Source: a bacterium UBP8_UBA817
GTDB lineage: Bacteria; Margulisbacteria; Marinamargulisbacteria; SXXA01; SICP01
Reading direction: 5' to 3'
Assembly: GCA_945898045.1 (NCBI GenBank)
Contig: CAMDGG010000004.1
Location: 6,422 to 70,421 of the forward strand
Length of the DNA stretch: 64,000 nt
The notes below the pieces were generated by a model. It was not told where the DNA came from, made no database searches, and saw only the letters and a program-made list of their open reading frames with translations. Positions within the stretch are counted from its first letter, which is position 1, and every line of letters starts with the position of its first letter. Shown piece by piece: positions 46,845-55,696 of the stretch. The position numbers and the translations under genes were made by a program.

Positions 46845-48938
46845 TTATTTGTCGGCAGGCTCTACGCGTAGATATCCACCACTTACTACATCAGCATATT
46901 CTGTATTTGTCGCTGCATAATACACAGGATCTTCTAATGCTCCCTGCAGTGTCCTTGCATCATATAGCTCTGATTCCTGATATAGCTGTGATTCCTGCAT
47001 AGCAATATCATAAGTTGGATTAGAAACTGGGACGACTTTTTTAAGTGGCGTAGGCAATAGGTAAGGGTTATCACCTTGCTGACCAGGTCTAGCTGACGTT
47101 GGAAGTGCTGGTGGGCCATTATCGCCAATTTCTTCATAATGACTATCATCTTCGCGCATAATATAGACTGGATTTTCAATAGGTTTTAAGGGCCTCCCAC
47201 CCTCAAGTTCTCTAGGACTTTGGTTACGTATTGTATTTGTACGATGGGTCACTTTTGCGGCAATCACCAAAAGCACTAAAATAATGATGCCGACCCCAAC
47301 AACAAGTAACAAATAGGGTAGAGAAAGCACACCCCTGCTACCTGAACTAGATGAATTTTCAGCGTCCGTGCCATTTGTGATTTGCTGTAACGCTGATGAT
47401 GTGATCCCAACTACAACACTAGTAACTGTAGTTAACAAACTACCATTAGAAATAGGAAAAAAACTAGAGGAAAGAGTGGGCGTGATTGCTTTTGATGTAC
47501 TGGTTGGACGAGAGGTTGATGACGTGTCTGTGGGTTGCGTTATAGTCGGTAAGGGAGCTGCTGTCACTGCAGGAACTTCCTCGCCATGTGAGATTGCTTC
47601 TACCAAATTAACAAATTGACTTTTAACTCCTTCAACAGTGTCTGAAAATGCGATATTAATGGCTCTTTTTGTGGGGTCTTCTGGAATAATCATCACTAAA
47701 TTATTAGTAGCCGGAGCCCCTAAATTATCGGCTTCGTTTTGGACAAAGGAGGATGTTCCTAATTGACTTCCTACAATTTTAACACCCTTAAACATACTCA
47801 CTGTTACATTTCCGCCTTGTGCTAAAAGTACTTTTAGCTGGTCTATGGGGATTAATGTCACAGATTCTTCCAATAGAGAATATGCACCCAGCGGAACCAT
47901 GTCTGCTCTTGTGATAGGGGAATAACGATAATTTACATTAACATCCTCGCCTATCATCGTTCCAAACCCATCGGGCCCATGTAGAACAAGCTTTGAATTT
48001 ACGTTACACAGTCCATTTGGGGTATTATCTAAAAATGTCACTTGATCTAAACCTGGCTGACCTACTAACAACGTGCTATCAGAATACGAAGGCCCCAGAT
48101 TCAAAACACCTAATGCTGTACCAGCCTGGGATCCATTGGCCAATTTAAATACAGTTGATCCGGTTAAATCGCTTGAAAGATTACAAACATCTTGTGTTCC
48201 CAGTTGAAATAAGCGATGTTCTCCAGAAGACAAAGACCCAAGTTTACTCTGAGGGATAAAGACCACTGCACTTTTTGCTGGCACTCCAAGATAGACCCCA
48301 TTACTATAAGCTGCACTCTTAATTGAAAGTGGAGACTCGCAATCGATTGAAACACCTGTATCCGTTAGATTACCTACGGCATTAAAAACTCTTAATCGAC
48401 TATCATTTTCTATCATACAAGTTAGGCCGCTATTTCCGGCATCAGATCGGAACCACCGCAATTTAGTTCCGGTAATAGATGTAGGCTGAGGTGTAGATAC
48501 ACCGTTATATTCCATTGAATAAATATGATCAAGGCCATCCGCAACATTATGCAGAACTAAATATACAGGCTTACTAGAACCTCCTAGCTTTACATCTTCA
48601 ATTTGAAACCCACTTGGCATAGGAATCGTCCAAACTACGCGCTGACCTGTCTTATCAGCTAAATTTGTGCTTACAAACAAGGTGTCTCTTTGCGGATTTG
48701 AATGAAAAAAAGCACCGGTCTTTATTCCTACTAGCTGTCCTGGGTTTTGTGGATCAGGGAGAGAGCTTGCAGCATCTTTTCTTCCTACAGCAATGGTGCC
48801 GACAGGCCCCTCAAAAACTATTTGTGCAGCCCTTAATTGATCCAGATACACTGTTACAGAACTTGTTATATTTGGATAGCTATCCCCTGCCCCACGCCTT
48901 TCTATCACATGTGGCTGTATAGAAATTACTTTTTTCAT
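46845..48938 (-). CDS. 697-aa single-pass protein with receptor-like architecture and a tyrosine-motif tail, function unknown
   Basis: No N-terminal signal. Ser/Thr/Pro stalk. One TM (~47253-47321). 134-aa C-terminal tail (46848-47249) with NPVY, HYEEI, NPYL, NPTY, EDPVYYA, TEYADV. Has its own promoter. Confidence 0.7.
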   Translation of the reverse strand: MKKVISIQPHVIERRGAGDSYPNITSSVTVYLDQLRAAQIVFEGPVGTIAVGRKDAASSLPDPQNPGQLVGIKTGAFFHSNPQRDTLFVSTNLADKTGQRVVWTIPMPSGFQIEDVKLGGSSKPVYLVLHNVADGLDHIYSMEYNGVSTPQPTSITGTKLRWFRSDAGNSGLTCMIENDSRLRVFNAVGNLTDTGVSIDCESPLSIKSAAYSNGVYLGVPAKSAVVFIPQSKLGSLSSGEHRLFQLGTQDVCNLSSDLTGSTVFKLANGSQAGTALGVLNLGPSYSDSTLLVGQPGLDQVTFLDNTPNGLCNVNSKLVLHGPDGFGTMIGEDVNVNYRYSPITRADMVPLGAYSLLEESVTLIPIDQLKVLLAQGGNVTVSMFKGVKIVGSQLGTSSFVQNEADNLGAPATNNLVMIIPEDPTKRAINIAFSDTVEGVKSQFVNLVEAISHGEEVPAVTAAPLPTITQPTDTSSTSRPTSTSKAITPTLSSSFFPISNGSLLTTVTSVVVGITSSALQQITNGTDAENSSSSGSRGVLSLPYLLLVVGVGIIILVLLVIAAKVTHRTNTIRNQSPRELEGGRPLKPIENPVYIMREDDSHYEEIGDNGPPALPTSARPGQQGDNPYLLPTPLKKVVPVSNPTYDIAMQESQLYQESELYDARTLQGALEDPVYYAATNTEYADVVSGGYLRVEPADK

Positions 48939-48970
48939 ATCGTTCCCCCCCAGGATCTTTGTATTCGAAT

Positions 48971-48999
48971 TATATAGTCAGGTGACGCTTGAGTGTCAA
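48971..48999 (-). promoter_or_regulatory. Sigma70-type promoter TTGACA-N17-TATATA(AT) for the 697-aa gene
   Basis: Minus strand: -35 at 48999-48994, -10 at 48976-48971. G-rich RBS (GGGGGGGAA) 5 nt before the ATG at 48938. Confidence 0.6.
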
Positions 49000-49040
49000 T
49001 CTAGTTTATGATTATCCCATCCCTGTGAAGAAAGTCGTTG

Positions 49041-49856
49041 CTATAGCTTAAAGATATTCTCTTCAACAAACGGACTTTCTATTGTTTCCGATACAATTTC
49101 TTGAGTCGCAAATGCTGATTCTGATGGCGCGCTTGGTTCTGAAGAGAAGGCCGATTCAGAGAAGGGGTCCAAGTCATCCATAGACCCCAGAGAATCCATG
49201 TCATCGTCTTCTTTTTGCGGGGGCGTTACTTTTGGAAGAAGAACATCTTTGCGTTCGTTGGCTTGTTTGATGAGCGAGTCGATGAGGGAGTCCACAACTC
49301 TGGAGGAGAGAGGCATTTTTTCGACGTCTATTTCCTGAACTTTTTCGTATTGGGTTAGCGGGAGGTAGTCGGTAATTTTTGCACGGATATTTTCGTCTAG
49401 GTGGTGTAGAACAAACGCTATTATTTGAATTTTTTGTTCGGATAATACTTTGGCGATGGCAGGTATATTTTCAAATTTATCGGGAGTTGTAGGGTCTGGG
49501 GCCGTTTGTGGGGCAGCCTCTTCTGTATCATCCATCGATCCAAATGTATCGTCTGTTTTAAAAGGATCATCTGATGTTGCAACAGGAGTGAAAGACATGT
49601 CTGCCATATCAGGTTTAGGGGGTTGTGGGAGTCGGTTTAATGACGCTCTCATGCCTGATTGATGTTGGGCTTTTTCTGCTTTTTGTAGTGCTTCTGCAAT
49701 GATGTCATGGCGGGTTTCTTTGTCGTAGTCGTGTCCGTCGTCTATGGTGCCTGTGAGCATCCGCGCACTTTCTGGAGAGAGGTGCTTTAGTACGTCTTTT
49801 GCACGGTCTTGTAATAACGATAAAAGAAGTTGCGCTTTTTCTATTCCATTAAGCAT
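49041..49856 (-). CDS. FliG-like protein (N and ARM-M parts only, acidic disordered C-terminus)
   Basis: GIEKAQLLLSLLQDRAKDVLKHLSPES resembles FliG_N. LSEQKIQIIAFVLHHLDENIRAKITDYLP resembles the FliG middle domain (EHPQ replaced by EQKIQ). No FliG_C sequence. Canonical position after fliF. Confidence 0.55.
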   Translation of the reverse strand: MLNGIEKAQLLLSLLQDRAKDVLKHLSPESARMLTGTIDDGHDYDKETRHDIIAEALQKAEKAQHQSGMRASLNRLPQPPKPDMADMSFTPVATSDDPFKTDDTFGSMDDTEEAAPQTAPDPTTPDKFENIPAIAKVLSEQKIQIIAFVLHHLDENIRAKITDYLPLTQYEKVQEIDVEKMPLSSRVVDSLIDSLIKQANERKDVLLPKVTPPQKEDDDMDSLGSMDDLDPFSESAFSSEPSAPSESAFATQEIVSETIESPFVEENIFKL

Positions 49857-49858
49857 CG

Positions 49859-51376
49859 TTATCCCTCGTTCTCGGATTCTTTGATCCAGGTATCCATGAT
49901 TTCTGCTAGTATTTCTGGATGTGTTTGCGACATATTTTGGACACGCTCCAGGTTATTTTCATAGTCAAAATTAGTGTCAAATTCGGCACGTTCTTGGTTG
50001 AGTAAGCCAGGAATAGCTTCTTTACCTTGTCGGAACCGTCGAATTCCCCAATAGGTTATCATTCCGGCTAGTAGCGACCCACCAATAAGACCTGCCCAAC
50101 GCCAGTTTGTTTTACGTTTCTTTAAGGCTTGCTGACGCCGTATTTCATCTTCCGTGATTTGAAAGAAATCAGCCCTTGTGAGGAGAATATTATCTCTGTT
50201 TCGATTGTACCCAATCGCACCGGCTACGGTGTTAAATATTTGCGATTTTAATTCGGCATCCAGGAAAATATCTTTATTGTTTCCGTCAACAACAACACTG
50301 ACCGTGAGGCGCAAAACTTCTGGCACTTTACCCTCTTCTACGCTACCTAAATCAGCGGTGAGACTGAGCTTAAAGCTTCCTACGGGTAGGATGCCAAGAA
50401 GCTGACGGATTGCTTTGTCTTCTAATTCTTTTTCATATTTTTGTTTGACTTCAAGCCATTTGTTCATTTGTTTGAAATCAGGGACTACAGGAGTGCCCAT
50501 CTTGGCTGTTTCAGTGGGCGTTGCTTCAGATGTTTCAGGCCCCTTTCTAGAGGTATCCCGTTGGGCCATGCGCTCAAAAATACCGGCCGAAATAACCTTA
50601 CCTTCGGTGTCGATTACAGAAACGTTTTCAGGTTGCAGATTTTCTACTGCATTTGCGACAAGCTGGATCACACTGAATACGTTTTCGTCTGTTAGTTCAT
50701 AGCCAAGTTTCCTGCGGACGAGAATAGATGCCGTTACTGGAGGCTGGGTTACGGAGAAAAGGCGTTGTTCAGGAAGAACAATTTGCACTTTACTACTTTC
50801 GATGCCGTCGAATTGGATAATTGCGCGCTCTAATTCTCCGGACAGAGCTCTTAAGAATCGAATTCGCTTATCAAACTCTGTAATACCTAGGGTCTGTGTA
50901 TTATCTAGCAATTCAAAGCCCTTAGAACCACCAGAAGGGATGCCTTTTATGGCGAGCATACTTTTGGCTTTTTCGAGTTCTTCTTCATCGACTAGGATGG
51001 TGTAGTTGGCCCCGTTTTGCTCGGTTTCAAAATCGATATTATCAAAACTGAGCTCTTTAATAATATTGGTCTGTTGCTCAATTGTGAGCTGGCTAAATAG
51101 TTTTTTATATTTACCTTTTTTCTTTTTTTTCTTTTTTTCTTGCTTCTGTTGTTCTGCAATCTGTTGTTTGGTCATGTTCTGAGTTTGCGCTGGTTTATCT
51201 TTCACTCTTAGGGAATACAGAATGGAACCCATTCCAAAGACAGCGCCAATAATAACGATAGTAATGATGATGCGTTGACGCGACCAAAAACTAGGTGCTT
51301 CGCCTATTATGTCCTGGTTATCGTCTGGACCGTAGTCGTCGACATTTTCTTCATTATCAAAATCTATTTCAGCCAT
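49859..51376 (-). CDS. fliF: Flagellar MS-ring protein
   Basis: YscJ/FliF family strings LFSQLTIEQQTNIIKEL, AKSMLAIKGIPSGG, RALSGELERAI, ASILV. N- and C-terminal TM helices. Confidence 0.85.
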   Translation of the reverse strand: MAEIDFDNEENVDDYGPDDNQDIIGEAPSFWSRQRIIITIVIIGAVFGMGSILYSLRVKDKPAQTQNMTKQQIAEQQKQEKKKKKKKGKYKKLFSQLTIEQQTNIIKELSFDNIDFETEQNGANYTILVDEEELEKAKSMLAIKGIPSGGSKGFELLDNTQTLGITEFDKRIRFLRALSGELERAIIQFDGIESSKVQIVLPEQRLFSVTQPPVTASILVRRKLGYELTDENVFSVIQLVANAVENLQPENVSVIDTEGKVISAGIFERMAQRDTSRKGPETSEATPTETAKMGTPVVPDFKQMNKWLEVKQKYEKELEDKAIRQLLGILPVGSFKLSLTADLGSVEEGKVPEVLRLTVSVVVDGNNKDIFLDAELKSQIFNTVAGAIGYNRNRDNILLTRADFFQITEDEIRRQQALKKRKTNWRWAGLIGGSLLAGMITYWGIRRFRQGKEAIPGLLNQERAEFDTNFDYENNLERVQNMSQTHPEILAEIMDTWIKESENEG

Positions 51377-51391
51377 GGGTTCTATTTATGC

Positions 51392-51958
51392 CTACACTTG
51401 CATATTTTTTAATTCATTAAAGGCTTGTGTTACTTGGGTCACTAACGTGACGGCAAACGAAATTGCAACGCCGACTTTTGCTTTTTCAATACTCATTTCT
51501 TCAATTGAGATTTCACCACGTGCATATTGCTCCATCAGCTGATCTGATTTTTGCTCCATACTACTGATGCGACGAAATAGGTCTATGCCTTTATCAATAA
51601 AAAACTGAAACGGCGTCACTTCTAAGCGTGAGGTTTTGAGGCCTTCTTGATTAATATTTTTAGCTGTAAAAATAGGACCGTTTTGTTGATTGGCCTGCGG
51701 AATCACAGGGTTTAGTGTAGGGTCATTAATTGCTTGGGCTATTAAGTTATCCGATATTTCACCATCTACGGCTGAAATCTCGATGGGCTTTATTTTTTTT
51801 GTGGGGTTTTGTACAGCTGCTGGCGCGATCTCCATCTGTGCAACGGCCTCTTTTAAAATATCCTGAAACGGCACCATAGATTGGAGTGTATTAGTGACAA
51901 ATTGCGGTCCTAGTTGAGATGTTGCAGGCAGGGTTCTTTGAATAGTTTTAATGTCCAT
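51392..51958 (-). CDS. fliE: Flagellar hook-basal body protein FliE (long N-terminal extension)
   Basis: C-terminal 70 aa (..MSIEKAKVGVAISFAVTLVTQVTQAFNELKNMQV) match the FliE consensus ending ..AYQEIMRMQV. 188 aa against the usual ~100. Confidence 0.7.
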   Translation of the reverse strand: MDIKTIQRTLPATSQLGPQFVTNTLQSMVPFQDILKEAVAQMEIAPAAVQNPTKKIKPIEISAVDGEISDNLIAQAINDPTLNPVIPQANQQNGPIFTAKNINQEGLKTSRLEVTPFQFFIDKGIDLFRRISSMEQKSDQLMEQYARGEISIEEMSIEKAKVGVAISFAVTLVTQVTQAFNELKNMQV

Positions 51959-51965
51959 AGGTCTC

Positions 51966-52421
51966 TTATTTCATGATATCAATAAAATTTTGATAAAGGG
52001 ATTTAGATGTTCTAAATGCAGTAGCATTGGCTTCAAACATAACTTCTGTATAGCTCATACTAATCATTTCGTCTGGCAAATTAACGTTGGGATAAGAAAT
52101 ATAACCGTCTGCACTTGCTTGCGGCGCACCTGGATCATATTGCTTACCAAAAGGTTTGTTACTTTTTTCTATTGAAGCAACACGGACGCCATTTTTATCT
52201 GGAACTAAAACAGCATATCGTTTTTGCCAGGGCAATCCGGTTTCTTCGTCTTCGAGTGTTGTAAGATTGGCTATGTTTTGTGCGTTTAAAGAGAGACGTA
52301 GTTTTTGTGCCATAGCTCCGGATGCACTAAAACTAAAAGCCTTGTCTAAATCCTGAGCTAATAACCCCGTGTTAAGGAGGGCTATAAAAGCAATTATTTG
52401 AAAGGTATTTTTTATCTTCAC
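51966..52421 (-). CDS. flgC: Flagellar proximal rod protein FlgC with an N-terminal signal-peptide-like extension
   Basis: SASGAMAQKLRLSLNAQNIANLTT, YDPGAPQASADGYISYPNVNLPDEM, FEANATAF match FlgC. GTG start. The first 24 aa are MKIKNTFQIIAFIALLNTGLLAQD. Confidence 0.8.
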   Translation of the reverse strand: MKIKNTFQIIAFIALLNTGLLAQDLDKAFSFSASGAMAQKLRLSLNAQNIANLTTLEDEETGLPWQKRYAVLVPDKNGVRVASIEKSNKPFGKQYDPGAPQASADGYISYPNVNLPDEMISMSYTEVMFEANATAFRTSKSLYQNFIDIMK

Positions 52422-52441
52422 TATAAAGTTTAGTATACTAT

Positions 52442-52828
52442 CTATTTTCCAAGGGTTACAACATTTTTCAGTGTCTTTGCCTTATTACCCCAAATTGTGG
52501 TGAGTGCGGATAGATGTCGGTTATTTCGTGCCATTTGGGAGAGAACAAATTCTATGACGACTTCTTTTTGTTTGTCGGAATTTACGGGGAGCCTGGATAG
52601 TAGTCTAGCTCTATCCTCCGGGGGTAGAAGCGCCACCAAATCTACACCAGGTGATGCAGCATTGGCCAGAATATAGGAATAAATAGCTTGTTTTTGAGAC
52701 CCGACATGCATGCCTTCTTCAACCGCAAAATAGTAATCACTATAGAAAAAACGCTCGAGTGTTTGTGCGGTTGTATGTGAACCGAGCATATTTAGAATAA
52801 GTAACGTGCTAAAGAGCATTTTTTTCAT
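52442..52828 (-). CDS. flgB: Divergent FlgB-like rod protein with an N-terminal signal-peptide-like extension
   Basis: QKQAIYSYILANAASPGVD parallels R..V.A.NIAN.dTPGY. Position immediately before flgC. N-terminus MKKMLFSTLLILNMLGSHTTAQT. Confidence 0.55.
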   Translation of the reverse strand: MKKMLFSTLLILNMLGSHTTAQTLERFFYSDYYFAVEEGMHVGSQKQAIYSYILANAASPGVDLVALLPPEDRARLLSRLPVNSDKQKEVVIEFVLSQMARNNRHLSALTTIWGNKAKTLKNVVTLGK

Positions 52829-52833
52829 TGGAA

Positions 52834-53577
52834 TTAAATTTTCCCCTTAAGCTTTTTTCTTAATTTTTCTAGAATTTTCATATGCATTCTACTAATCGTA
52901 CTTCGCGAGAGATTGAGATGTTTGGCAATTTCTTTTTGCTTAAATCCTTGCACATAAAAGAGTTCTACTATTTTTTGCTCATCATCATCAAGCGTATGAA
53001 TTTCTTCCCACAAGGTATTTGATTTCTCATCGATGTGTTCAAGTTGCGGATCCTTTGTCCCTTCCATTTCGGAAACAATATCTATGTTTTCTAGAGACAT
53101 TAGGCACATAACGGCAGAATTTTCGACAATACGGTCGAGCCCCTCTTTAATTTTATCGGGACTCCCTTGCTCTAACTGATCTAGAGCGGCTTCTGCTAAG
53201 TCTGCAATACGTTCTTGGTTTCGGGTACGCTGGTCTTTGTACTCGGATGGATTTCTGTACCGCCATTCTGTGCGGATTTTATCAAAAATTTCGCCTCTGA
53301 TGCGATAAAATGCATAGGTTTTAAATTGAGAGCCCTTTGTTTCATCAAAATTATGATAAGCATTGATAATTCCTTCGACACCCCAACTCACAAGATCAGC
53401 GAACTCGATACCTGGGGGCATTTTTCCACTGCCGACGATATTAGCCGCTATCGCTTCTATCATGGATAGATGCTCTTTCATAAACTCTTCCGACAACTGA
53501 TTGGTTTCGGAAAGGGCTTTGGGCTTGGGTTTTACTGATGCGTGCTGCAGTTTATGAATGTCCAGTTCTTGGCTCAA
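52834..53577 (-). CDS. fliA: Sigma-28-type (FliA/WhiG) RNA polymerase sigma factor
   Basis: Sigma-70-family regions 2-4 (FADLVSWGVEGIINAYHNFD, YAFYRIRGEI, LSRSTISRMHMKILEKLR). Embedded in the flagellar cluster. Confidence 0.78.
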   Translation of the reverse strand: MSQELDIHKLQHASVKPKPKALSETNQLSEEFMKEHLSMIEAIAANIVGSGKMPPGIEFADLVSWGVEGIINAYHNFDETKGSQFKTYAFYRIRGEIFDKIRTEWRYRNPSEYKDQRTRNQERIADLAEAALDQLEQGSPDKIKEGLDRIVENSAVMCLMSLENIDIVSEMEGTKDPQLEHIDEKSNTLWEEIHTLDDDEQKIVELFYVQGFKQKEIAKHLNLSRSTISRMHMKILEKLRKKLKGKI

Positions 53578-53586
53578 GATCTCATC

Positions 53587-53985
53587 CTATTTTTTAAGTT
53601 GGTCTGACGCAATTTGTTTTAAAAAAATTTTCTTCATTTTTAAGGCATCTTTTTTGGCCATCATTTGTGCCACTTCTTTCATTATGATGCCATTATACAT
53701 GTCATTATTTTGGCGAATAGATGCCAGATCTTCGTCATCTTCGTCTTCGCTTGAGTCATGAAATTCATTATTCATTAATATAGGCTCTAGAAATAATTTT
53801 TGTATGAGTTGTGCTTGCGCGAGTTCGGCAGTTTTTTCAGGGTCTTTGGATTGAGATTTTTGCTCTGCGTCGTTCAACATAAAATTGACATCCTGGGCAC
53901 TGTATATCCCTGAGATATCCTGTGCAAATACAGGAACAGCAAGAAAAAAAAGCCCCATACAAAATATACAACTTTTACGAATCAT
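53587..53985 (-). CDS. Rod-binding (FlgJ N-domain-like) periplasmic protein
   Basis: Signal peptide ..FLAVPVFAQD. LIQKLFLEPILMNN and MYNGIIMKEVAQMMAKKD resemble the Rod_binding pattern (FEA.FL..MLK.M ... MY.dm....lA). Position after flgI. Confidence 0.45.
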   Translation of the reverse strand: MIRKSCIFCMGLFFLAVPVFAQDISGIYSAQDVNFMLNDAEQKSQSKDPEKTAELAQAQLIQKLFLEPILMNNEFHDSSEDEDDEDLASIRQNNDMYNGIIMKEVAQMMAKKDALKMKKIFLKQIASDQLKK

Positions 53986-55082
53986 ATTAGTTCAAGCTGA
54001 CCAATGAGTGCACCTGATTCTTTGAGCGCTTGTAAGATAGAGATGAGGTCTTTTGGGGTAGCCCCGATTTCATTAAGTGCGTTTACTAACCCAGTCAGCG
54101 TAGCACTTGGATTTAATAAAACAAGTTTAGAAGGTGTTTCTTCTATAGAAAGCGGGCTTGAGGCCTCTGCGGTGGCAGCATTTCCTCCAGCTTCATTAGT
54201 AATGCGAACGGAGATATTGCCATGGGTTAATGCAACAGGGAACAGACGTACCATTTCGCCAATCACAATGGTGCCGGTTCTGGGATTAATCACAATTTTT
54301 GAAGAAGCATCTGGGATAATTTGGACATCTTGTAATTTCGCGATGGTTTCGACGAGATCGGCTGATTCTAGATCTGCCAAGGGTATTTTGATAGTATTGG
54401 CATCAATGGCTTTTGCGCCTGGAAATCCGGCCTCAACAATGGCTTTGGAGGCTCTAGACGCGGTGATGAAATTGGTATCATTTAAGACAATGGTGATGTT
54501 GTGCTGATCTTCGAATGTCACAGGCACTTCTACTTCCACAACCCCACCACCTGGCACACGACCTACTGTTGTTTGATTTTTTTGATAGCTAGATTGTGCC
54601 GAAGATTCTGAAATACCGCCTACAATCACAGACCCCTGTGCAATGGCATAGGGTTTTAGATCTGGCCCCATGAGTTGAGTTGGGAGTAATTGGCCTCCCG
54701 CTAAACTGAGACTATCCCCTAGAGCAGAAACAATCACGGGAATAGACTGTCCACGTTTTGCAAATGGAGGGAGTGCCGCACTCACCATAACAGAGGCTAC
54801 GTTTCTAGAACCAAAATTTTTACCTCCCACAGGCACACCTAGTTTATTAAGAAGGTTGGCAAGGGATGCATCTGTAAATCCGGTATTTTGACTATCGCCC
54901 GTATTACGCAATCCCACCACTAGACCATATCCGATTAACTGGTTACTTCTTGCCTCTACGATATTAGCCATGTCTTTTAGTCGTACAGATTGACTACCAA
55001 GAGACGACAACTGCGCATGGGTCACGTCAATTAAAGTGAGACTTAGGAATCCAATTAGGAGTTTTTGACTTATTTTTTTCAT
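53982..55082 (-). CDS. flgI: Flagellar P-ring protein
   Basis: Signal peptide. VRLKDMANIVEARSNQLIGYGLVVGLRNTGDS is the canonical FlgI N-terminus. Confidence 0.9.
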   Translation of the reverse strand: MKKISQKLLIGFLSLTLIDVTHAQLSSLGSQSVRLKDMANIVEARSNQLIGYGLVVGLRNTGDSQNTGFTDASLANLLNKLGVPVGGKNFGSRNVASVMVSAALPPFAKRGQSIPVIVSALGDSLSLAGGQLLPTQLMGPDLKPYAIAQGSVIVGGISESSAQSSYQKNQTTVGRVPGGGVVEVEVPVTFEDQHNITIVLNDTNFITASRASKAIVEAGFPGAKAIDANTIKIPLADLESADLVETIAKLQDVQIIPDASSKIVINPRTGTIVIGEMVRLFPVALTHGNISVRITNEAGGNAATAEASSPLSIEETPSKLVLLNPSATLTGLVNALNEIGATPKDLISILQALKESGALIGQLELI

Positions 55083-55696
55083 TAAAATAACCAGTTAAAC
55101 ATTCTTGAAAGAACACCAGACGATTGTTTTTGTGCTACATCGCCAGTACCGTTCAATGCGATTTCCGCGTTGGCCAATTGATAAGAAAAGATCGTATTTC
55201 TGGGTGAAATATCCTGCGGTCTTATGATGCCCGCAATCCTAATCGTTTGAACTTCATTATTTACTTTGAGTTTATGTTCACCAATGACATAGAGATTTCC
55301 AGTGTCTAGCACTTGGGTTACGATGGCTGTAATCGTAGCTTTTATTTGACTTTTTCTTGAGGTTTGACCGGCACCTCTATAATCATCGCCGCCTCTCAAA
55401 TCAAATTCAAATTGTTTTCTGTTATTTTCATTTCCTAGCAAATTGGCAATTTGTTCCCATGAGGAAAGGAGGTTGGTAGACAACTGAGATGCTTTGGATG
55501 TTTTTGTGGTGGCCTCTTGAGCAGCCGTGGTGGATTCTATAATTTGAACAGTGATGCTGTCGCCCACGTTAATTTGACGTTGCGCAATCGAATAGAGTGT
55601 TGATTGGCCATTCCAAATGCTATCACTTGATAATGGACTTGCGCAAAGAACCAACACAAGAAAACTAGTAGCCAGATAATTTGACATGTTGCTCAT
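55082..55696 (-). CDS. flgH: Flagellar L-ring lipoprotein
   Basis: Lipobox LVLC. INVGDSITVQIIES, VTQVLDTGNLYVIGEHKLKVNNE, IAGIIRPQDISPRNTIFS match FlgH. Confidence 0.85.
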   Translation of the reverse strand: MSNMSNYLATSFLVLVLCASPLSSDSIWNGQSTLYSIAQRQINVGDSITVQIIESTTAAQEATTKTSKASQLSTNLLSSWEQIANLLGNENNRKQFEFDLRGGDDYRGAGQTSRKSQIKATITAIVTQVLDTGNLYVIGEHKLKVNNEVQTIRIAGIIRPQDISPRNTIFSYQLANAEIALNGTGDVAQKQSSGVLSRMFNWLF

